Shown piece by piece: positions 18,141 through 25,443 of a stretch of 32,000 nucleotides of DNA; the first letter of the stretch is position 1; each line of letters starts with the position of its first letter. A program made the position numbers and the translations under genes. The stretch comes from Opitutales bacterium (GTDB lineage: Bacteria > Verrucomicrobiota > Verrucomicrobiia > Opitutales > PNEW01). The notes beneath the pieces are model-generated. The model ran no database searches. It saw only the letters and a list, made by a program, of their open reading frames with translations, and was not told the origin of the DNA. Location: NCBI GenBank assembly GCA_965219535.1, contig CBDCNV010000001.1:1320001-1352000 (forward strand). Direction: 5' to 3'.

Positions 18141-18974
18141 ATGAAACATATACTGATAACACTTATACCTGTATTACTCTTCGGTATCACACTTGGCGCT
18201 GAGGACAAACAAGTAACAGCATTAATATCACAAGCGAAAAAAGGAGACGCGAATGCGCAAACTGAACTTGGAATAAAATACCTCTTTGGCCGCGGAGTGG
18301 AACAGGATATTAATAAATCTTCTAAGTGGTTTCGTGAAGCGGCCAAACAGGAATCAGCGGAAGCTCAATACTACCTCGGTGTGATCGATGATATGGGCCT
18401 CATCTCGACCAAGAATTTTAAAAAGGCAGTTAAATGGTATCGAAAGTCGGCCAAGCTGGGGTTTGCGGATGCCCAATTCATGCTTGGGAGAATTTATGAA
18501 GTGGGTGGTGGAGAAAAAAGTGCAGTTAAATCCTTATATGATGGGAAAGTCTTAAATGGCCGTGATTTGTATGTTGACCCCGAAGAGTTTGTTCAAGAAG
18601 AAGCCCGGCAAGTAACTGATTCTAGAGAAAGGACGAGGCCTTTCAGTGATCAAAGAAATTTTAATAGTAACTACGAACAAGGTTACACGATAAAAGTAGA
18701 CTATGCTGAATCATTTAATTGGTATGAAAAAGCCGCTTTACAAGGACATCCTCAGTCACAGATCAAATTGGGTGTTCTCTATGCAAAAGGGCAGGGAACC
18801 GAGAAAAATATAGTATCCGCTTTGTCGTGGTTAACCATCGCGACTCATGAAGAGGATAGTGATAAACTTGCTCAATTGGTTGATAAATTTAAGGCGGGAA
18901 TGACTGCTGAACAAATTGATGAAGCCGATCGTAGTGCCCAGTCCTGGTTAGCTGATTATAAAAATAAAAACTAA
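18141..18974 (+). CDS. Secreted Sel1-repeat protein (second, shorter, with a non-repeat insert)
   Basis: Signal peptide, then Sel1 motifs (SSKWFREAAKQESAEAQYYLG, AVKWYRKSAKLGFADAQFMLG, NWYEKAALQGHPQSQIKLG). Confidence 0.8.
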   Translation: MKHILITLIPVLLFGITLGAEDKQVTALISQAKKGDANAQTELGIKYLFGRGVEQDINKSSKWFREAAKQESAEAQYYLGVIDDMGLISTKNFKKAVKWYRKSAKLGFADAQFMLGRIYEVGGGEKSAVKSLYDGKVLNGRDLYVDPEEFVQEEARQVTDSRERTRPFSDQRNFNSNYEQGYTIKVDYAESFNWYEKAALQGHPQSQIKLGVLYAKGQGTEKNIVSALSWLTIATHEEDSDKLAQLVDKFKAGMTAEQIDEADRSAQSWLADYKNKN

Positions 18975-19008
18975 AACAATTAAATAAACCTTAGCCGAAG
19001 CGTTATTT

Positions 19009-20127
19009 TTAAAACCACGCTCTTGAATCTGGCACGTCAATCCAGGTGCTTCCACTAAGAATAGACTCCTGGCTGCACAGGCCCGGCAGGGTCATATCCA
19101 TGGCTTCATGGATACCTATAGGGCACGAACGCTTACCCTCTATGGACTCCACGAAATCGATAATTTCAAAATAGTCACCACCGCCATGACCCGCACTGGC
19201 CGCTTGTTCTTGTCCCTGCTTCCAGTATTCCGGGAGAAATTCCTCAGCCAGATCATCTAAATTCATCCAGCTGTTCGCGTCAGAGCAGCACTCGCGAAGC
19301 CAGATTCGATTCACTTCCCCCTTAACGCGTGCCGACTCATAAACTCCGTCTGTTCCCTGTAACTGGTGGTTATTCATCGCGTGCGGCCGGTCGGAAAGCA
19401 TGTCGACACGTATCTTTACTAATCCACCACTGCGCATCTTGCAGAGCATGAGACAGGAATCCTGGTTTTCATATTCATCGCCACGGGGATCACGGTAGTG
19501 ATGGCCCGATCCTGCGCAACAGACCGACTCGACCCGGTCGCCCCACATCCATTGGAGGATAGGGCCTAGGGAGTGGGTGCCGTATGTAACACCGTCTATC
19601 CCTGTCTGCCACTTTCTTCGCCAGGTTGTTTTTTCATTCAGCTCCTTAAGTTCGTGAATATACTCGCCTTCAGCGTAATAGGGCGTGCCGAACAAACCGG
19701 CTTTTATCAGTGAACGCACAATTACATTAGCGCGTGCATAGGTATAGTTTTCAGCCATCATGTAGACGCGATCACTGTTATGGCAGGTCTGCGTCAAGTG
19801 GCGGCACTCCTCGATCGATACCCCGGCTGTCACCTCACTAAGGACGTGCAGTCCCTGTTCCAACGCGGCAATACTCTGGGGAACATGAAGATGCATGGGT
19901 GTGCCAATGATAACCGCATCGAGCTCAGATTTGTTCAGCATCTCTTCATACTGAGTATACTGCTCCGCGGCTCCTAGTCGCTCAGCCGCGGAGGGAAGTT
20001 CCTCGGTGTCAATGTCACAGACAGCGTGAATACGGACCTGGTCGAGAGCGTCACAAGCATGCTTGAAGCTTGACCCTCTACCACAAGCTCCACTGATGCC
20101 TATATTCAGTTTAGTCAAGACGCTCAT
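19009..20127 (-). CDS. Gfo/Idh/MocA-family NAD(P)-dependent oxidoreductase
   Basis: N-terminal Rossmann segment (NIGISGACGRG...AVCD), the EKP-like region and the length fit the family. The ATG at 20127 is preceded by GAGGGAG. The tracked ORF begins at a TTG at 20142. Confidence 0.7.
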   Translation of the reverse strand: MSVLTKLNIGISGACGRGSSFKHACDALDQVRIHAVCDIDTEELPSAAERLGAAEQYTQYEEMLNKSELDAVIIGTPMHLHVPQSIAALEQGLHVLSEVTAGVSIEECRHLTQTCHNSDRVYMMAENYTYARANVIVRSLIKAGLFGTPYYAEGEYIHELKELNEKTTWRRKWQTGIDGVTYGTHSLGPILQWMWGDRVESVCCAGSGHHYRDPRGDEYENQDSCLMLCKMRSGGLVKIRVDMLSDRPHAMNNHQLQGTDGVYESARVKGEVNRIWLRECCSDANSWMNLDDLAEEFLPEYWKQGQEQAASAGHGGGDYFEIIDFVESIEGKRSCPIGIHEAMDMTLPGLCSQESILSGSTWIDVPDSRAWF

Positions 20128-20278
20128 CTTATTCTCCCTCAACTGATCATAAGGGATTAGCGCCAGAAAATAGTTGAATCGCTTTATTGGCGATCACTAT
20201 TTATATCAAATTGGATCAGTTTGCTTATGGCATAGGCAGGTGAATTTAAAACCAAGCCATACAAGTCGCAGGGAATAG

Positions 20279-20728
20279 TTAGGGATCTTTAAGCTTAAAG
20301 GGAGCCCTGGTTTCATGAGTTAATAACTTCTCCAAGACATTGGGGCTGTAATAATCGTCACCCGATAAAACCATATTAATGGCCTTTATTATCTCTTTAA
20401 TGGATGAGGGTTTTTCAAGTATTCCATCAGCCTCTCCCTTGTATGCCAGTATCGCCGTATTTAAGTCTAAAAATCCGGAATGGATTAACACTTTTATATC
20501 AGGATTTCTCTTTTTTAGAATATGTAGAATTTCAATACCGTTTACATCGGGCAGTCTAATATCAACAATCGCAAGTTCAGGTTTTAACGCTAAACATTCT
20601 AAAATGCCATCATGACCGTTTTCGTTAAAGCCAGCTACTTCAATACCGTCCAACATCTCATCGATAATACCAATAAGCGAAATTCGAACCGACTCATCGT
20701 CATCAATTATATATATTTTTCTAGTCAT
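20279..20728 (-). CDS. Stand-alone receiver protein (NarL-type REC plus linker, no output domain)
   Basis: REC motifs IYIIDDD, LAIVDIRLPDVNG, LIHSG and EKP. The linker VLSGDDYYSPNV is NarL/FixJ-like, but the ORF ends about 20 aa later without a LuxR HTH. The ATG at 20728 is preferred over the TTG at 20737. Confidence 0.7.
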   Translation of the reverse strand: MTRKIYIIDDDESVRISLIGIIDEMLDGIEVAGFNENGHDGILECLALKPELAIVDIRLPDVNGIEILHILKKRNPDIKVLIHSGFLDLNTAILAYKGEADGILEKPSSIKEIIKAINMVLSGDDYYSPNVLEKLLTHETRAPFKLKDP

Positions 20729-21020
20729 ACACGGCAATTATGTGCCCAATAAAAGAAACCAGTTTATTTCCTTTCCTTGTATCGTCAATTCACCTGTTAG
20801 GTTTATACAGGGAATACAATAGCCTTACAGCGACACTTTGTGTATTTGTCGCTCTTGGTATCCTGAAGTTCGGTAATGAACAAAATAGGAGTCAGGTCAC
20901 AGGGACCAACATTTTATTAAAATGTTCGTACTGAGACCCGTTGCTTAGAGGCTTGAACTCTTTTTAAATTATCGTTTTCTAGGACGACAAACCGTCAGAA
21001 GTGAATTCAGTACGTAATTC

Positions 21021-21440
21021 CTATAGCTTGTAATCATTGCGTTCAGAAGGATCCTCGGAAGAGTACTCAATAAACTCCCACTCAGTTCCATTTCCGTCGA
21101 TATAGTATACTCGCTTGCGATACGGGTGGGGCTCTGACAGGTATCCTTCCTTGTAACCCGCTTGTTCCAGGCGTTCCTTTATGGATGCTATGTCATCAAC
21201 TATGAAACCCGCGTGATTAAATCCTGAGCCTTCGGTTGTGGGTGCATCGCCATCATTCTCGTTGAGGCATAAATAGGTAGAATCAGTTCCGATATGAACC
21301 CATTTCCACTTATTGTTATCTAACCGTTCTCCGCCACGTACTTGAAAATTCGGTAACGCAGTCGTAAGAAATCGTTGGATTTCATCTATATTTCTAACGT
21401 TGATGTTCACATGCTCCAACTGATTAACATTATTTTTCAT
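21021..21440 (-). CDS. VOC (glyoxalase/bleomycin-resistance/dioxygenase) family protein
   Basis: 139 aa. LEHVNINVRN (metal-binding His), HAGF and EWEFIEY are typical of a single VOC module. Confidence 0.7.
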   Translation of the reverse strand: MKNNVNQLEHVNINVRNIDEIQRFLTTALPNFQVRGGERLDNNKWKWVHIGTDSTYLCLNENDGDAPTTEGSGFNHAGFIVDDIASIKERLEQAGYKEGYLSEPHPYRKRVYYIDGNGTEWEFIEYSSEDPSERNDYKL

Positions 21441-21510
21441 TTTTATGATCTCCTGTATGCAATTGTGTAGTAATTATTGCTGATTAATAAATTAATATAT
21501 AAAGAAAATA

Positions 21511-21567
21511 CTTTATTTATTAATTTACTTAAAAACTTGAATAAGTAAAGATATATCTTTATTTATT
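21511..21567. promoter_or_regulatory. AT-rich divergent promoter region with candidate operator
   Basis: An 8-bp inverted repeat TTTACTTA (21524..21531) / TAAGTAAA (21542..21549) is flanked by the 11-bp direct repeat CTTTATTTATT (21511 and 21557). It lies between the VOC gene and the regulator gene. The AT-rich context makes a chance match plausible. Confidence 0.3.
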
Positions 21568-21573
21568 TTAAAA

Positions 21574-22227
21574 ATGCCAAAAAAAGTAAAAAAGGTTAAA
21601 GCGAATGTGCGGACGCGGCGCGCTATTCTGGAGCTTCTAAAGAGGGATGGTCCTACTGAAGCTAAAACGATGGCCAAATCCTTAAAGATATCAGCTATGG
21701 CTGTTCGTCAGCATCTCTATGAATTGTGTGATCAGAAGCTGGTGACTTTTCAAGAGGATTCCAGTGGAGTAGGGCGACCCGCTAAGCATTGGAAATTGAC
21801 CCTGGAAGCTGACAAGTTTTTCCCCAACGGCCATGCCGATCTAGCGGTTAACCTTATTGACTCTATACGTACGAGTTTCGGCCAAAAAGGTATCGAGAAG
21901 CTGGTTAAATTACGATCGAAAGTACAAGCATCAGATTACAATAAACGTATACCGCATAAAGCTACGTTGAAGAAGAAATTGGATCGGCTCGCGGAGATAC
22001 GTACCGAAGAGGGCTATATGGCAGAGATTCAAAAAGAGGGAGAAAATTCGTTTCTACTCATTGAGAACCACTGCCCAATTTGCAGCGCGGCAACAGCGTG
22101 TACCGGTCTATGCGCGGCAGAACTGTCCGTGTTTCAATCCGTGCTCGGTAAAGAAATGAAGATTGAACGAACTGAACATATTCTTTCAGGTGCTCGACGC
22201 TGTGCTTATAGAATTAAGAAAAATTAA
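21574..22227 (+). CDS. Winged-helix (ArsR/DeoR-like) regulator with C-terminal Cys cluster, SufR-like
   Basis: N-terminal wHTH (RRAILELLKRDGPTEAKTMAKSLKISAMAVRQHLYEL...GRPAKHWKLT). C-terminal HCPICSAATACTGLCAAELSVF...RRCAYRI, resembling the Fe-S-binding C-terminus of SufR-type regulators. Confidence 0.65.
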   Translation: MPKKVKKVKANVRTRRAILELLKRDGPTEAKTMAKSLKISAMAVRQHLYELCDQKLVTFQEDSSGVGRPAKHWKLTLEADKFFPNGHADLAVNLIDSIRTSFGQKGIEKLVKLRSKVQASDYNKRIPHKATLKKKLDRLAEIRTEEGYMAEIQKEGENSFLLIENHCPICSAATACTGLCAAELSVFQSVLGKEMKIERTEHILSGARRCAYRIKKN

Positions 22228-22405
22228 ATTGGGAAGCAATAGGGGTAATAATCTGATCTTGACAGGATTGTTTTTCACTGTTAGGATTACACTATAAGAT
22301 ATTGGTAGTAAAATGTTTATGACATTTTGTGCTTGAATATTCGCGGACTAAGGTTGACTATGCCAATACCTCAGAACAGTTGGCCCCATCCAATCTTTTA
22401 CCTGT

Positions 22406-23872
22406 ATGCCCTTAAACCTTTCCCAACTTCAACACAGCCCGAACAGAATCGGGGTGGGTGTTGATTTCGGTACATCGAATTCATCCGTTGCGTTATTCGA
22501 TGGAAATGAACTGCACTGTTTGGAATTCAAAGAAGAAGAGCAGGAGTTTAAACTCATACCGACGGCGGTTTACATTTCGAGGGATTTACTTCCCACAATA
22601 GGTCGTGCAGGAATTGAGCAATACCTGGATGACAACAGGAACCGCCAGATTCATCTTAAACGAGAATATGTGGGTGATATTGACATGACCTTAGGCATTT
22701 TGGGGGACGAAGGTGACGCGAAGACAATTACCGTTCATGCTAATGCTTGGACCGATCAGGATTTGCGTGGAAGGCTTTTTTCCGGATTAAAAAGTTGGCT
22801 CGGTAACGGTGATATTGATCGGGTTAAGATATTTGAAAAATCATTCAGTCTCACCGCTTTAGTGACACCCATTTTGCAGAAATTGAAAGAGACTTATACT
22901 GCCGTAAGTAAAGATATACCCAATGTACATTTTGGTCGTCCGGTTAACTTTATCGGCAACAGTCTGGAAGCCAATGAAAGAGCCCTGTCTCGTCTCAAAG
23001 ACGCATGCCGTTATGCGGAAATTGCAAATCCCGTTTTTTACGAGGAACCTGTTGCCGCTGCGATAAGCTTTTTGCATACGCATACGGTCGAGACTGGTTC
23101 AAAGTATCTGGTTTTTGACTTTGGGGGAGGAACATTAGATTTGACTGTGTTAGAAGTGGAGACGAATGGCTTTAAAGTATTGGCTACGGGTGGAATTGAT
23201 TTAGGCGGGAACAGGATTGATTGCATGATATATGAGAAGAAAATTTTTCCCGAGATTGGTCGTGGGGTGAAAACCTATCGCAACGATGCGAGCAGGAAGG
23301 AAAAAGTTGAGTTTCGATTCGACGACTATGCTGAGCTGCTCACTAATTGGCAAAATGCGTATCAACTCAACACACCTGTCTTGAGAAATCAGGTTGCGTT
23401 TGGCATGGAACAAGGAGGCGAGACGGCAGTAAAACTCAAGCGCCTTCGAAATATCATTGTTAACAACCTCTCCTACGAAGTTCTCAGGGCAATTGAGACC
23501 TCGAAGATTGAGCTCTCGGAAAAATCAAGTACCGTGATATCCATTCCCCAGGTTGACTTGAATGTGCCATTTTCTCGCCAGGAATTTGAAGAGCTATTGG
23601 AAACACCGATGAACGAGATAAGAAGTGTAATTGCCCAGGAATTATCGAAAGCAGGCATCGACAAAATGGAACTCGACGGTGTGGTGTGTACCGGAGGTTC
23701 TTCTGAAATACCGGCGGTCCGCAATCACTTGGAAACTTTACTCGATGCCCCCATCATCCAGCATGATTCTTTTACCGGTATAGCAGCGGGCCTGGCGATT
23801 GCTAACTATTTAGGCTATGAACAGAGTGGGCAGGTATGTAAAGAGGGATTTAAAACTATTACACAAGAATGA
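22406..23872 (+). CDS. Hsp70-family ATPase, nucleotide-binding domain only (no substrate-binding domain)
   Basis: Actin/Hsp70 phosphate-1 GVDFGTSNSSVA, phosphate-2 VFDFGGGTLDLTVLE, and adenosine motif VCTGGSSEIPAV. At 488 aa it ends where the DnaK SBD would start. Confidence 0.8.
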   Translation: MPLNLSQLQHSPNRIGVGVDFGTSNSSVALFDGNELHCLEFKEEEQEFKLIPTAVYISRDLLPTIGRAGIEQYLDDNRNRQIHLKREYVGDIDMTLGILGDEGDAKTITVHANAWTDQDLRGRLFSGLKSWLGNGDIDRVKIFEKSFSLTALVTPILQKLKETYTAVSKDIPNVHFGRPVNFIGNSLEANERALSRLKDACRYAEIANPVFYEEPVAAAISFLHTHTVETGSKYLVFDFGGGTLDLTVLEVETNGFKVLATGGIDLGGNRIDCMIYEKKIFPEIGRGVKTYRNDASRKEKVEFRFDDYAELLTNWQNAYQLNTPVLRNQVAFGMEQGGETAVKLKRLRNIIVNNLSYEVLRAIETSKIELSEKSSTVISIPQVDLNVPFSRQEFEELLETPMNEIRSVIAQELSKAGIDKMELDGVVCTGGSSEIPAVRNHLETLLDAPIIQHDSFTGIAAGLAIANYLGYEQSGQVCKEGFKTITQE

Positions 23873-23913
23873 ATCTATAGCTAGTAACTTAGGAGAAGCT
23901 AGGTGCTAAGTAT

Positions 23914-23932
23914 TAAGTGTTATGTTTTAGGT
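23914..23932 (+). repeat. Dispersed intergenic repeat R3 (copy 1)
   Basis: TAAGTGTTATGTTTTAGGT lies inside an imperfect hairpin (GTGCTAAGT...ACTTAGCAC) after the Hsp70-like gene. Confidence 0.55.
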
Positions 23933-24068
23933 ATTTGAATTAACACTTAGCACTGCTACTATTTACATTACAAGCGATTTAGCGCCATCTTTTCAGATCT
24001 TAAACTTATAATATAAAGTGATACTAACTCTTTTTATCATTACGATATTTGTGAACGAGGTGGTCGGG

Positions 24069-25335
24069 TTACACAAACTGGTCCACTGAGAGAGTTAGTC
24101 TGGAGAGGTTAATGTTGAAGTTAAGTTGGTAGAGGAAGTCAAGGCTTGGGCGCAATGAGGGCGTAGCCCGAATGGAGCCCGAGCCTTCGGTATTGAGGTT
24201 TTGAGCGAAACGTTGTGGAGTAATATTGCCGAGGCTGCGGTGGGGTCGAACATGATTGTAAAGCCAGCGCCAATCTTCGATCACCACGCGGGCTTCGGTC
24301 AAAGTCCACAGCTGTTCACGATTTAGACACTCCTCGCGAAAACGGGCATGGAACGATTCGATGTAGCTGTTCACGATTTAGACACTCCTCGCGAAAACGG
24401 GCATGGAACGATTCGATGTATCCGTTCTGCCAAGGGCTTCCTGGTTCGATATAGAGGGTATTGATTTTCATCGCAGTTAGCCAAGTTCGCAATTCCTTTT
24501 CAATAAACTCGGAACCGTTATCGCTGCGAATATATTTTGGCGGCCCATGAGGGTCGAGCAGTTTTTGCATGACCCCGCGCACCTTCTGCGCATTGATATG
24601 GCGATCGACATGGATCACCCGGCACTCGCGGGTGTACTCGTCAAGGACGGTGAGCATTTTGAGATTCCCACCGCGGACCGTCTTATCGTGGATAAAGTCC
24701 CAGGTCCAAACATGGTCGGGATGTTCGGCCTTCGTCGGCAGCCCGGTGGAGACACCCCTGCGCCGGCGTCTTGGCTTGCGTGGGGGAATCGCCAGGCCCA
24801 GTTCACGTCGCAGACCTTGCACGAGCCGTTTACCCACCTGCCAGCCTTCGTCCTTCAACAGCTTCGTGATCTTCGGATAGCCCCACCTCGCGTATTGCCG
24901 TGATAACCGCCTTACTGCCGCCTTCAGTTTCGTTAGCCAGGCATCAGGATACTTCGCCCGATACGCATAGGTGGAGCGGTGCAGGTGAAAGTATCGGCAC
25001 GCTCCACGTATCGAACACTGGCCCCGGGCCACAAGTCTCTCTGCCACTTGCCGCTTGTGCCCAGGGCTTACAGTTTTTTTTCGAGCGTCTCCTGCACAAT
25101 CTCTATCCCCAGCAGCTTGTCCGCCAGCATCCGCTTTAACCGCGCGTTCTCCTTCAAAGAGTTCCTTCATCCGCTTGGCCTGGTTGACATCAATCATCCC
25201 AAGTTCACGTTTCCAGCGGTGGAAGGTCTGTTCGCTTATGTTGTTCTCGCGGCATACTTCCAGGATCGTTTTCCCTTTGTCTGCCTGCCGCAGCATCCGT
25301 ATCTTCTCTTCGGTTGTATATCTTTTGCCTTTCAT
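24069..25335 (-). pseudogene. IS3-family transposase disrupted by a 55-bp tandem duplication
   Basis: The ORF splits into 339-aa and 101-aa pieces. Both contain IESFHARFREECLNREQL, which is encoded by the duplicated unit. Because 55 is not a multiple of 3, the reading frame shifts. Confidence 0.9.
24311..24420. repeat. Perfect 2 x 55-bp tandem duplication inside the transposase gene
   Basis: GCTGTTCACGATTTAGACACTCCTCGCGAAAACGGGCATGGAACGATTCGATGTA occurs at 24311..24365 and again at 24366..24420. Copy A has a single unit (331..385). Confidence 0.95.
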
Positions 25336-25443
25336 TGTCTGAGTCCTTTCTAGGTGTCCCAGACTAACTTTTCTAGTGGACCAGTTTTCGTGGTCACGAC
25401 CACGACCAGAGGGTGGAGATATGATCCCAATTACTTTGGAAGA

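Larger units (their letters stand above)
24061..25402 (-). mobile_element. IS3-family insertion sequence, copy B (1342 bp = 1287 bp plus an internal 55-bp duplication)
   Basis: Collinear with copy A from end to end with the same terminal repeats. The differences I found are one substitution (25275 C versus 1240 T, giving Gly versus Arg at codon 21) and the 55-bp tandem duplication. Confidence 0.9.

Noticed and set aside
22259-22287. Sigma-70-like promoter TTGACA-N17-TAGGAT upstream of the Hsp70-like gene
   Set aside because: It is plausible, but the -10 is poor and it lies about 120 nt from the start codon. Without knowing the host's promoter consensus I cannot support it as a feature.
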